Source: Octopus vulgaris
Taxonomy: Eukaryota
Reading direction: 5' to 3'
Length of the DNA: 64,000 nucleotides
Assembly: GCA_951406725.2 (NCBI GenBank)
Contig: OX597814.1
Coordinates: 100,626,001-100,690,000, forward strand
Of the stretch, positions 1-12,555 are shown in pieces. A model generated the notes under the pieces. The model made no database searches. It saw nothing but the letters and a program-made list of their open reading frames with translations, and was not told the DNA's origin. The position numbers and the translations under genes are program-made. Within the stretch, counting starts at the first letter, position 1. Each line of letters starts with the position of its first letter.

Positions 1-128
1 AGGCATGACTCTAAATAAATCATCTTAGCTGAAAATAAATGCTTTGTACATGGTTAATATGAATTCTTGTTCTATTTTAAATTCCCTCACGATCAAAATC
101 CTACAAGCAGACTATAGTTGCTGCTCAC

Positions 129-287
129 AGCGAGGTTGTGTTGTAAGAAGCTTGCTTCCCAACCACATGGTTCCGGATTCAGTCCCACTGCATGGTACCT
201 TGGGCAAGTGTCTTCTACAATAGCCTCAGGCCGACCAAACCCTTGTGAGTGAATTTGGTAGACAGAAACTGAAAGAAGCCCATCGTA
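129..287 (+). mobile_element. tRNA-derived SINE family A, 5' head
   Basis: TGTGTTGTAAGAAGCTTGCTTCCCAACCACATGGTTCCGGATTCAGTCCCACTG..GAAAGAAGCCC matches copies at 9800, 23595, 25050, 47620-47780(-) and 56150-56308(-); degenerate A/B boxes. Confidence 0.85.
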
Positions 288-614
288 TATATCGTTAGCG
301 AATATAACACCGTTTATGTTTTCAAAATAAATTACCCAATGAAATTAAAATTATTGTTCGTCAAACTGGATTATGACAATTCGTAAATAACATGTATCAC
401 TACAATATTATTCCAGTCTTGATCATAACTGTCCGAGAAACGGAAACGTGAAACTCTGAGTAACAGTTTTTCGTGAGGTTTTTGCAGCTTTAATAAAGAA
501 ATATATATATATAAATAGTAATGGTAAGACAACAAAAGAAAGAAAGAGACCTCGATATTATGTAAATAGAGGAATTTATCTGTAAATGTAATAATTGTCA
601 CATATTACATTTAC

Positions 615-670
<56 letters not shown>

Positions 671-866
671 CGGGGGATGACCACTACGGGACAGCCTTTA
701 TGCTAGAAGTAGATCCGCTATGGTCATACAACTGAGAAAAGAATATGTTCTCAAGAAAATTTAGCAAACGCCAGAACGTAAGCGAGCAAGGCAAATGAAA
801 AGAAACAAAAATATAGATTAATCATAGACATGTTTCGCTGTCAACAGTTACGCAATTTTTGTAATT

Positions 867-1716
867 TCTAGGAAGTCGAGTGAACATGTGTAAGCTACTG
901 TGTTGACTCACTTGGATGTAATGTAAAACTAGGATCGTTTTTTTAAGATTTTTTTGGGGAGGACAAAAGTCAAGTTGATGGAACAAACATTACTCGTAAG
1001 CATTTCTGATTCAACTGTTTCAGAAAAATGATTCAGGTCATTAGTGTTTGTAAGTCTAGTACTTACTCTACATATTATATATGTGTCTGTGTTTGTCCCC
1101 CACCATCACTTGACAGCAGATGTCAGTGTGTTTACGTCCCTGTAACTTACCAGTTCGGCAAAAGAGACCAGTAGAATAAGTACTAGATTTACAAAGAATA
1201 AGTCCTGGAATCGATTTCTTCGACTAAAGGCCGAGCTCCGGCTTGGCCGCGGTCAAGTAACTGAAACAAGTAAAAGAGTAGTAGAATATAAAGTACTGCT
1301 TCTTTATTCATTATAATCCCAAGTTCTTGCTCAAACTGACATGTATCACAATTACCGATCTTGTATAGAAAGGACAGCAAAATATTTATTTGAAAGAGGA
1401 ACGTGTGAAAATATATATTCACTTAACATGTAGTTTTTAATCAGATCAGCTGTTCATAAATACTATAGTTTTGTAGAGATTTTTAATCTTCGATATATTG
1501 TGGTAGCATTAGAATGTTTTGTTCTTTTTTTACAAACACTAATGACCTGAATCATTTTTCTGAAAAAACTTGAATCAGAAATGTTTACGAGTAACGTTTG
1601 TTCCATCAACTTGACTTTTGTCCTCTAAAAAACATTTTACAAATACGATCCTAGTTTTACATTACGTCCAAGTGAGTCAACACAGTGGCTTACACATGTT
1701 CACTCGACTTCCTAGA
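867..1716. mobile_element. Non-autonomous TIR element (MITE) with ~185-bp inverted repeats and a nested SINE tail
   Basis: 867-1053 (TCTAGGAAGTCGAGTGAACATGTG..TTAGTGTTTGTA) is the reverse complement of 1531-1716 (TACAAACACTAA..CACTCGACTTCCTAGA) with scattered mismatches; TA flanks GGAAG..CTTCC. Confidence 0.85.
1082..1285 (+). mobile_element. SINE family A 3' body
   Basis: TGTCCCCACCATCACTTGACAG..TTCGGCAAAAGAGACC..GAAACAAGTAAAAGAGTA; same block recurs many times in the window. Confidence 0.85.
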
Positions 1717-2136
1717 TTTAGCGGCAAAACCTTGCTCACATCACATCATGCGATTTTAGACATACGAAAACTCATCAACTAATGCAATCATAGATACACT
1801 ATGGTTGAAAAAATATGAGTTCACTTTTGAGTTGCTTTTAATTAAATGTCCATTCGACGAGGGCTGCCAGCCACAATGGCTATTAATCTCTTTTGGTCTG
1901 TATGGCGAACATTTGAAACATTTATATCCATCCATCCCTCCATCCCTCCATCCTGCTTGCCACCATCTATGCATCTACATATGCATACATATATATAGAC
2001 GACACACACACATATACACATATATACATACATACATACACGTATATAGTGAATTATATATACATATATGTATGTATGTATGTATGTATATACATACATA
2101 TATATATATATACATACATATATACGTGAACGTGTA

Positions 2137-2178
<42 letters not shown>

Positions 2179-2439
2179 CACAAAGAGGCACACACACAGA
2201 CACTCACATATTTAGAGTTTACAAACGGGAGAGAAATTATTCAATATAAAATGCAATGTAAATATTTATTGCACAACAGGTTTTCATTTACAGAGCCAGA
2301 AAATGTCTGAAGCCCACAGTTAAGCAAAACCTACAATGGACCATTGTTCTCATAGATGTCGCAGTGCTTTTGCTGCTCAGACAAAACACATAAACTTCAT
2401 CCCTTTACCAAAATAAAACACCCACTAGACAAAATACTT

Positions 2440-2595
2440 TTCGTCCATATTTACGTTCGGAGTTCAAATTCCGCCGAGTTCGATTGTGTATTCCATCGTT
2501 TCCAAGTCGATGGAAGAAGTACCAGTTGAACACTGAGATCGACTAATTCTCAACCCCCAAAACTTCAGGCCATGTATCTGAAGAAGAAAGGATAA
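2440..2595 (+). mobile_element. Degenerate SINE family B
   Basis: GAGTTCAAATTCCGCCGAG B-box block shared with 49938 and 61752 copies. Confidence 0.7.
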
Positions 2596-4134
2596 ATTTC
2601 CTCGTTAACATACTGCAGCATCTGGCCCAGGGACCTACTGTCTCCTAACTCACCTTCCTACAGCATGGTACATACAACTCTACTGCCATGTACACAGAAC
2701 TGACTGTCTTTGAAATCAATCGTATACTTTGTGTACACATCCAGTCCTTGCTCTTGTTTCTACGCCCAGTCGTTCTCCCTAGGTATTCAGACCCATAACT
2801 GTAGCCCTTGACAAGTACTACCATTCCAAGCCAGAGCAGACCTGAGGATAGTAGTAATTAAGGAGTAACTCTACTCTCTCCCAAATTTCTGAACATCTAA
2901 GCTGGAATCTCACAAGATGTAGTTTAATTTCTTGCCCAGAACAGCTATAATTTACCAAGAGAAAATAGGCTGGGCACCATCATCATGATTATCATTTTAA
3001 TGTTTTCCTTTCTTTTCCATGCAGGCACAGCCTTCACAAGTTTTTAATGTATCATGTCATTCTCATCTGTTTGGCTTAATGTTTTTAAATCAGCTCCAAT
3101 TGTTTCTCAATCCTTTCTGGGTTTACTACTATCATGGATACCTTGGACTACCAAACTTAGGGGGAAAAAAACAGTTCAGAGAGATCTCAATACTCAAGAT
3201 GTTTCAATCTAATGATCAATGAATATTTTATTTGCTTTGCTCAAATTGAACAGGTAAAATTAATCACTATTTTTAATCAGTACAATGATACCTCAGTGCT
3301 AGTACAATACTATCTGATACATAATACAGTCCTCTCACTCACTTTTTAAACTTAAATTTTGTACATTCAGTTATAATGCTACCCGCGATTTAGATGTTCA
3401 TGCTTTGCATTAAATTTCTTATATCATACACAGTTAAATATAGTATGTATATGAGTAGAAACATTCATTAACTGGTGATGAGTCTCATTGACTTTAGAAT
3501 ACTGGGAAAATTAAAGAGTTTTGGTACTAACACACTCTTGGATAGTGTTAATGATTGAAGTAAGGTGAAATTGTAAGAACTGAGAGTCAGAAGCTTACTT
3601 TTACTGTTTGAAATTTGCCTTTTAGAAAATTTTTAAAAAGTAAAGAAAAAATAAAAAAGACAGCAATTAAAATGTATGAAGTATTTTGTTAGGCCTCCAA
3701 ATTAGTTGGTTGTTTACAATAGTGGAATATAATGTGAACACCTGACAACTTATAACTTTTAAATCTTTATAAAACTCAGTGATATAACCTAGAAATGTCA
3801 GCTGGTTACTCTATTTCATTGCATACAAATTATTATAATAGCAACAAAATTGGAAAAGATTAACTGTATGTCTATTCTGTCTTTAATAGTAGTCTAATGT
3901 TTTGTGTATGCGGAAATGGCTTCATATCTTTTCTTTGTTTATTAAATACTCTTTCTTCATTCATTGTCATGTTCCATATATGTCAGAATTGTGTATGTTG
4001 GCAACAGGGTCATTCTCTATCCTTTCAGCAATCAGATTACACTATCAAATGTAATGCTTTTTGTTCACGTCGTTTCAAATCAATCATGTATTGTGTCATA
4101 ATTTCGAGATGTCAATGATGTGATTGCTTTATTT

Positions 4135-4275
4135 TAGGTTCCTTCCACAAATAGAGATCAACACTTCTTTACACAGCAGTCCTCTTCCACATGCATCACA
4201 TGACCATGCCAGCACAGTCTCCTCTCCCGCATATTACATCTGCTGCCTCTTGTACCCAATTTTTCTCTTAAGACA
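4135..4275 (-). mobile_element. RTE-clade LINE C-terminal fragment
   Basis: Minus strand translates LREKLG..ERRLCWHGHVMHVEEDCCVKKC*SLFVEG, resembling the RTE 'RLRWxGHVxR' motif. Confidence 0.7.
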
Positions 4276-5022
4276 TTTCTGTTTCTTTTTAGAATGACAT
4301 TGTAGTGTAGGTGAGAGAGGCCACATATGGCTGGTTTGAACAGAAAAGCAGGTTGAATATTTGAGCGAGATCAGGCTGGTTTGAATGCTAATGGGCTAAA
4401 CAATAACAGCCCTCAAGCCTTTCTTGTCATATTAAGACCCGAGGCATTTAAGCCAGGAGTTAGAGGGAAATTAGTACTCAAATTGTCAGAAAGAATATGT
4501 AGAAATGATCAAATAGTTAATGAGTTTGTTTCCCAACCCCACATTACTGAATGAATGTTTTGAACTAGGCTTGGGTTGACCAATACCTTATGAGTGAAAT
4601 TCAGTACACATTAACATGTAAACTGGAAAATTAGCATATTCAAACAAAATATCTTGTAAATACGTATTCTATCCAAATTGCATATATACTGGTTTATCAA
4701 AATCATTATTTTAAATACTGTGAATTAATGTTTGGCTTGTTGGAAACCTATAAATAATGATGATATTGTTCACAAAATGCCTGAATTTAGAATAAAAGAG
4801 GGAGATTTATCTCACATTCCTTTAAAGTTGTCAATTCTGATATTAAATATTAAATTCAATTAATCCTTGTAATTTGCTCGAAGATTTTAGCGTTTTTCAC
4901 TTTTCTCATTTTATTCTTCATAGATGATAAATAATTTTATTTTTAGATACAATAACACATTAAAATGACACTAAATATATACAGACAAAACGCTGCACCA
5001 ACCCCATAAAAAATACTGTTAC

Positions 5023-5069
5023 CTCCATCAGCAGTTGAACATAAACATTATCAAAGCTATATACATATC
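5023..5069 (-). CDS. Candidate 47-nt coding exon (G)YVYSFDNVYVQLLME, kinase subdomain IV-V-like
   Basis: tttaatattggacAG acceptor and GAG|GTAACA donor; open in phase 1 to 0; ends in LLME like a kinase hinge; no partner exons confirmed. Confidence 0.3.
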
Positions 5070-5144
5070 CTGTCCAATATTAAAAGCCAACCAAGTAAAT
5101 AAATATTTATGCCAATAAACAGAATGTCCTCTATGTAAAGCAGC

Positions 5145-6620
5145 ATTTTTAGGGAAAATTTCCCAAAAATTTTCAAAAAATTTTCGAAAATTTTTCGGGA
5201 AAACTTTCAAAAAAGTTTCAAAAGATTTTTCAAAAATTATTGGGGAAAACTTTTTGAAACTTTTTCAAAAATTTTTGGGGAAAATTTTCAAAAATTTTTT
5301 CAAAAATTTTAGGGGCTAAAATTTTCAAAAATGTTTGAGGAAAATTTTCAAAAAATTTTTGAGGTAAATTTTCGAAAAATTTTTCAAAAATTTTTGGGGA
5401 AAATTATCAAAAAATTTTTCAAAAACTTTTGGGGAAAATTTTCAAAAACTTTTTCAAAAATTTTTGGGGAAAATTTTAAAAAAAGTTTTCGAAAATTTTG
5501 GGGGAAAATTTTCAAAAGATTTTTCAAAAACTTATGTGGAAAATTTTCAAAAAATTTTTCAAAACTTTTTGGGGAAAATTTTCGAAAAATTTTTCAAAAC
5601 TATTTAGAGAAAGTTTTCAAAAACTTTTTCAAAAATATTCGAAGAAAATTTTCAAAAACTTTTTCAAAAATTTTTGAGGAAAATTTTCAAAAACTTTTTC
5701 TAAAATTTTTGGTGAAACTTTTCAAAAAATTTTCGGGCAAAATTTTCAAAAACTTTTCCAAAAATTTTTGAGAAAAATTTTCAAAACTTTTTCTAAAATT
5801 TTTGGTGAAAATTTTCAAAACATTTTTGGGGAATGTTTCCAAAACATTTTTGAGGAAAATTTTCAAAACATTTTTGGGGAATGTTTCCAAAACATTTTTG
5901 AGGAAAATTTTCAAAAAATTTTTGGGGCAAATTTTCAAAACTTTTTGAGGAAAATTTTCAAAATATTTTTCAAAAATATTTTAAAATATTCCCGAATATT
6001 TTTAAAAAATTTTTTGGGAAAATTTTGAAAAGATTTTTCAAAAATTTTTGGAGAAAATTTTTAAAACATTTAAAAAAAATTTTTGGTGTAAATTTTCAAA
6101 AAATTTTTTGGGGAAAATTTTCAAAAATTTTTGAGGAAAATTTTCAAAAACTTTTTCAACAATTTTTGGGGAAAATTTTCAAAAAAGTTTTCGAAAATTT
6201 GGGGGGAAAATTTTCAACAAATTTTTCAACAATTTTTGGGGAAAATTTTCGAAAAATTTTTCAAAAATATTTAGAGAAAATTTTCAAAAACTTTTTCAAA
6301 AATATTTGAGGAAAATTTTCAAAAACTTTTTCTAAAATTTTTGGTGAAACTTTTCAAAAAATTTTTGGGCAAAATTTTCAAAACTTTTAAAGGAAAATTT
6401 TCAAAAACTTTTTCAAAAACTTTTGAGAAAAAATTTCAAAACTTTTTCTAAAATTTTTGGTGAAAATTTTCAAAACATTTTTGGGGAAAGTTTTCAAAAA
6501 ATTCTTGAGGAAAATTTTCAAAAAATTTTTCAACAATTTTTGGGGAAAATTTTCAACAAATTTTTCTACAATTTTTGGGGAAAATTTTCAAAAATTTTTG
6601 GTGAAAATTTTCAAACTTTT
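5145..6620. repeat. Homopolymer-run satellite, units like GGGGAAAATTTTCAAAAAATTTTTCAAAAATTTTT
   Basis: About 1.47 kb built from ~11-nt modules containing the palindrome GAAAATTTTC; higher-order duplication 5567-5660 vs 6234-6326. Confidence 0.95.
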
Positions 6621-7344
6621 ATTATTTTCTTTCTTGCAGTTGTTCAAGCGGTTCCGTTCATCACCGGTGTTCCTCCTCACAGCTTCATACGCATTTTGCT
6701 CTTCCCCCCCCACACACATACATGCACACACACATATATGCTCCTGTCAGATTCCTAAACATCCCGTAGTACACATACACTTACTTTTTTCCAACGCACA
6801 CTATATTCACGCTTACCAAACATCATGAGCACACATAACTACATCATAGGCGTACATTGGGCGCTCTAAGCATAGACAGAGACACAGATGTACACATATG
6901 TACAGATATTATACAGATGTACAGATATTATACGTGCACATATGCAAATTATCCACATACGCATTGTACGTGCAACATATACAAATTAACCGCATTCACA
7001 CACGTCCATACATCAAGCACTTATATACACAAAATATGTCATGGTTAATATTTATCCCACTTTTAAACGTGGATTTTCTGTTAGTACAAACTATATTGCA
7101 GTGGAGAAACTTTCATATTAGCTTTTGGTGCAAACTGCATTCTTGTTTATATTGCTAACAGGGAGATATATACCCGCCGTTTCCAGCGCCGAGAGCACCT
7201 GATCACCTGATAAAACTTTCGTTGGTTATATCATTGATGAACGCTCGACCACAAAATATATAGAAATCCAGAACCAGAACAAGAGCTCTGTGTCACGATT
7301 AGCCAATGAGTTTGTAAAATTTATATATTAGGGATGAGTAAAGG

Positions 7345-7428
<84 letters not shown>

Positions 7429-7475
7429 CTTACTCACACACACACACAACACACACACACTCCGGATAATACTCC

Positions 7476-7715
7476 TAAAAGTGTCCGTGGCTCGACGATA
7501 AGTTTATGGTCGAGCTTGTTGCAGTTGAGACCTCCGGCATTCTTGGCCCCCGGACCATACCACTGCTCAGCGCTATCGGGACAGAAAATGCTGTCCGCAA
7601 GCGCAAGCCCCGAGAGTCAAGGTGGTTACTCCAGTGCATCTTCCTCACCATCTTCCGAGACAAGGCATTTTCCATTTTGTCTGCTGGTGCCATGAAAAAA
7701 GTTTCTATTTTGTGA
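7476..7715 (+). mobile_element. CRE-clade non-LTR retrotransposon 3' end (restriction-like endonuclease C-terminus)
   Basis: VAVETSGILGPRT..LLSAIG..PRESRWLLQCIFLTIFRDKAFSILS fits the CRE pattern 'AvETxGxxG..R..wLfQRlSlAixRGNAxSIL'; adjacent to (CA)n. Confidence 0.75.
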
Positions 7716-7747
7716 GAGGCAAGATTCTCTCCGTTAAATCCAACAGA

Positions 7748-8082
7748 CTATGATTCAGTGGTTAGAGCGTCGGGCTCACAATCATGAGGTAGTGAGTTCG
7801 AATCCCGGACCGAACTGTGCGTTGTATTCTTGAGCAAGGCACTTTATTTTATATTGCTCCAGTTCACTCAACTGTAGAAATGAGTTGTGATGTCACTGAT
7901 GCCAAGCTGCTTCGGCCTTTGCCTTTCCCTTGGATAACATCAGTGACGTGAAGAGAGAAGGCTGGCATGTATGGGCGACTACTGGTCTTCCATAAAATAG
8001 CCTGCCCAGACTTGTGCCTCAGAGGGTAACTTTCTAGGTTCAATCCTATGGTCATTCATGAACGAAGACGATCTTTACCCTA
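7748..8082 (+). mobile_element. tRNA-derived SINE family C, full length
   Basis: A box TGGTTAGAGCG, B box GAGTTCGAATCC, then a central CTTGAGCAAGGCACTTTA block and a non-tRNA tail. Confidence 0.85.
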
Positions 8083-8442
8083 GGTTAAACATGTTTAAAG
8101 CATCATTACTAGATCACGACAGTTTTAGTCTGTCAGTCTGCGCATCTACCGATGCATCTACCTACTTTTCTCTCTATCTACTTCCTCAAGATTAGACATA
8201 CGGATTCATACACATTCACAGAGTAAACATTTCGCACACACGCACATACACGTGCGCGCACGTGCATAACTGCACCCACACACACAGTACTTATATGTCC
8301 TCCCAAGCTACACATTAATTGTACTAGGTGTGGCAACCGATCCAAGGCTTAGCTCTTCCCAACAAACCAAATAAACCGGTGTTGCAGTGAATGGTACATG
8401 AGTTCAGGCCTTGATATAAGCCACCGAATCATAAAACATTAT

Positions 8443-8469
8443 CTATAACCCCACCGTTAACGCCTACGC

Positions 8470-8516
<47 letters not shown>

Positions 8517-9262
8517 GAAGAGGAGGAGGAGGAGGAGGGGGGAGGAGGGGAGGAAGAGGAAGGGGAGGGAGGGAGGAAGAGGAGGAGGGTTGGTGGTGGT
8601 GATAGTGGTAGTGATAGTAGAAGTAGTAGTAGTAATAGTAGTAGTGGTAGTAGTAGTAGTAGTAGTAGTAGTAATGGTGGTGGTGGTGATAGTAGTAGTG
8701 GTGGTGGTGGTGATAGTGGTGGTAGTGGTGGTTGGTGGTGGTGGTGGTGATGGTAGTAGTGACGGTGGTGGTGGTGGTGGTGGTGATGGTAGTAGTGACG
8801 GTGTTGGTGGTGGTGGTGGTGATAGGAGGAGGAGGACGACGACGACGAGGACGAGGACGGGACGGGGACGGGTATGCATTCACATTCACTACACGGAACA
8901 CACGGCACCCAACACACGCTTCAGTCATGTTCATGTTCACCAAAACAAAGTACACAGTAGCAGTTGTCGTGGTAAAGAGGACGTCGACACTAATATACCA
9001 GTGGCGATGGGTGGGTAAGTGACAATTTGTAAGATGGTTCACATCCCGTAGCTATCACATGATCCACTCTAACCATTTATGACTTCCTGCTGTTTGTTAA
9101 AAACACCCTCTCTCTCTCTCGTGCCACTAGTAGGAAGTACTGGTGCTGAGACAAGTTGTCATCGTAGAACAGATAGTGTTAATAGCGTTCAGAATGATAG
9201 TGCTTCTGATGGCGATGGCGATGGCGATGCTGAGTGTCACGTGGTTGTAGAAATAGTGACTG

Positions 9263-9313
<51 letters not shown>

Positions 9314-9327
9314 CACCACCACTACTG

Positions 9328-9358
<31 letters not shown>

Positions 9359-9587
9359 CACCACTACTACTACCACCACCACCACCACCACTACTACTAC
9401 CACCACCACCACCACCACCACCACCACTACTACCACCACCACCGCCACTACTACCACCACCATCACCACCACTACTATTACTACCACCACCACCACCACC
9501 ACCACTACTACTACAACCACCACCACCACCACTACTACTACCACTACCACCACCACCACCACTACTACTACCACCACCACCACCACC

Positions 9588-9636
<49 letters not shown>

Positions 9637-9662
9637 TGTAGGCGTTAACGGTGGAGTTATAG
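8443..9662. mobile_element. TIR element whose arms extend into inverted trinucleotide arrays
   Basis: CTATAACCCCACCGTTAACGCCTAC+(GTA)n at left; (TAC)n+GTAGGCGTTAACGGTGGAGTTATAG at right (24/25 match). Confidence 0.8.
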
Positions 9663-9799
9663 CGTAGCGCCAATTCAGCGCTGATTGAGCTGTCCTTTGA
9701 TTAAAGACGCCCTGCCGTGACAATACCATTTCATTTTCAAACAACCTGTACCACATTCCCTTAATGTGTCATTAAAATAAAAGGGCATTTCTTTTTATC

Positions 9800-10070
9800 G
9801 GCGCAGGCGTGGTTGTGTGGTAAGGAGCTTGCTTCCCAACCAGATAGTTCCGGGTTCAGACTCACTGCATGGAACCTTGGGCAAGTCTCTTCTACAATAG
9901 CTTCGGGCCGACCAAAGCCTTGTGAATGGATCGGATAGACGGAAACTGGAAGAAGCCCGTCATGTTTATACTTATATCTATGTGTGCATGTGTGTGTGTC
10001 ATGGTGTATGTGTTTACCACCACCGTTTGACAACCGGTGTCAATATTTTTACGTCCCCGTAACTTAGCAG
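9800..10070 (+). mobile_element. SINE family A, 3'-truncated
   Basis: GGCGCAGGCGTGGTTGTGTGGTAAGG head, internal TG tract, start of tail TTGACAACCGGTG..TTTACGTCCCCGTAAC. Confidence 0.85.
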
Positions 10071-11108
10071 ATCAATGTACGTTGATCTCACACATTTTAA
10101 ATGCATACACGTATCACATACATACATCAAACACAAATCCCTCTCATACACATTTTCATACGTACGACATGCATATATTCACATATATAAACAACCTACG
10201 TATTTGCGTGCATCACACACATGCGCACAAACAATAACCACCTCTACTTCCCATTGTGTGGGAAGCGAGTCTGTAAAGAAATTGAGTCAGTAAGTAAATA
10301 CAGTAAATAAGAAAGCAAATTCAATAAGCTGAGTTGAAGACGAAATAGTTGAGAAACGCGAGTCAATGGGAAAGCTAGGGCAATAAACAGAGTCGGTGAG
10401 CGAACTGAGTTAATGAAGGATGGCTAAACAATGATAGATCTGAGTCAACGAGAAAGAGACGAGTCAGTGAATGAGAGAATACAATGAAAAAGTTCAGTCA
10501 ATGAGACAACCGAAAAATGTAGACGAAGTTGAACGTACAGCAGGAAACGAAAATAGAAGCGGCCTACAAGCATTATAGAAAACGTATAGTGTTTGGAGGG
10601 TAAGCCTTTAAGTCCCATTCAAGATACTTAGAATATGATGGGAGTTGAAACTCACAAAAATATTACACCTGTGTAAAGAATAATGGTACTGGAAACAAAA
10701 TATTGTAAGGGCAAGTTATTTGAACACTGAAAAATTTAGACAAATTTAGACAAATTGTCGTCAACCAAAAATTCTCAAAAGGCTTTTGTCCGCTCGAGGC
10801 TATAGTAGTAGAAGAAATGTGCTCAAAGTGACATGCAGTGAGACTGAATCAAATACCTTTTATTTGGAAAGCAAGCTTATATCTATGTCTGTATATGTCT
10901 GTTTCTTTGCATATATATGTCATCATTCAGTTTAATTTCAAGATTTCTTTTCAATACAAAAAGATTGGGTTTCTAACCTTGATCTAAGTAAGGCTCCTTC
11001 AATGGAATTTCAACAACACCAACAGGGTATTTTTGTATGTATGCATACATGCACATTTGCTTTATGTATGCATTTTCATGCATGTAGTTGTATATCTTCA
11101 CATGCTCC

Positions 11109-11176
<68 letters not shown>

Positions 11177-11179
<3 letters not shown>

Positions 11180-11385
11180 GATAAATTCTGGAAAGTTTTA
11201 CAGATTTTTAGTTCCACTGACGGCTTGAATCTGTAGTCTTCGAATCAGCTTTCTCCTTTGTGGTTTTGAGAAGCTTAATTTCTCAAGACTGGTATTTAGG
11301 CAGTGAGCGATACATCCCAGTACTCCAATTACTGTATATAAACCTGAACTTCTTATGTGGATAGAGTAACTGCAGACTTCTCAGT
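11177..11385 (-). mobile_element. R4/Dong-like LINE extreme 3' fragment
   Basis: LRSLQLLYP..VIGVLG..LEKLSFS..LIRRLQIQAVSGT..ICKTF, homologous to 57390-57590. Confidence 0.75.
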
Positions 11386-11768
11386 ATGTATGTATATGTA
11401 TCTGTTCGTTTCAGTGTGTGCCTGTTTTCATTGTCCTGTTTTTGTTACCAACTTTGAATCTCTGCAAATCCCAAATTTTATTTTGCTTTACGGGAGCAAC
11501 TGACTTCTTGAAGACACATCTTGTCGTAATTGCTCGAAATGTAAAGTAGATAACAACCGACAACTGATGAAAGGTCGTTCATTATGTTACTTGTCTTATT
11601 TTCCAATTCTTTCTTTCGTTGTTCGCAAAAAAAGTTTGTGTTCCATGTTTTCGTATTTCACGTTGTTTACGTTTTATGACGTCTTGTACCCATATATGCA
11701 TCTGTATACACATATATATGTATGTACATATATGTATGTATATATGCATATATACATTATTTATATTA

Positions 11769-11836
<68 letters not shown>

Positions 11837-12463
11837 TATATACATATAGTTATATACATGTATGCATAAATATGTCGTATATACATATTCAAATGTATAT
11901 ACACATACATTCACAGACATGTGTGCATATGGTGTGTATGCAAGTGTGTACAAGCATGTTTTAAACTTGGTATCCGGCTGGTTTTGAAGGCGCTTTCCTA
12001 ACTCTAATCTACACAACACTCTTCTGTATAAGACACGTCATATCTCAGTCATCGTTATAGCAGTCGTCTTTATCATGATAATTACTTGAGAATTTTAAGT
12101 TCCAAGACTTTGGAGGATTTAAATATTAACCTCTTTCTTTTTATATCATAATCTCAAGTACCTAAGCGGGTGTTAGTTATGGTTTACACCTGTACTTTTC
12201 CTTACACTGTAAAACAAGATTAGAGAAAAGATTAGCAAATACCTGAACTAAATCCTAACTGCAAAATCAAACAAGAAATCGTAATGCATATGAAGATAAA
12301 TTGGAAGAAGAGAACCTGCCAAATCTGAAATTACAAACGGTTATGTCATGCGATTTCTCCTGTAATTATAGTACGTATAGATATGCAGAAATAAGCAAAT
12401 ACACACACACACACACGCACACATGTATATATATATGTGTGTGTGTATTTATATATATATATA

Positions 12464-12555
<92 letters not shown>

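Noticed and set aside
5331-6828. K/F-rich amphipathic-looking ORFs
   Set aside because: Arise in several frames and both strands from the homopolymer satellite; no splice or start context
7162-7342. Plus-strand exon (good acceptor, AAG|GTAATA donor)
   Set aside because: Stops in all three frames; a minus-strand hammerhead-like reading (CCAACGA..GAAACGGCGGGTA) is also too degenerate to call
7475-7693. 72-aa minus-strand ORF MAPADK...
   Set aside because: Antisense shadow of the plus-strand CRE fragment
7748-7815. tRNA gene
   Set aside because: A/B boxes present but no proper acceptor stem or terminator; continues into a SINE body
8429-9673. Poly-T/P/V/H mucin- or extensin-like ORFs
   Set aside because: Trinucleotide arrays inside a TIR element, open in most frames
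10265-10510. CRISPR-like repeat-spacer array
   Set aside because: Motif only 5-6 nt, irregular spacing, eukaryotic context, no cas genes
12022-12038. Nextera/Tn5 adapter contamination (TGTATAAGACAC)
   Set aside because: Only a partial, mismatched match to the 19-bp mosaic end
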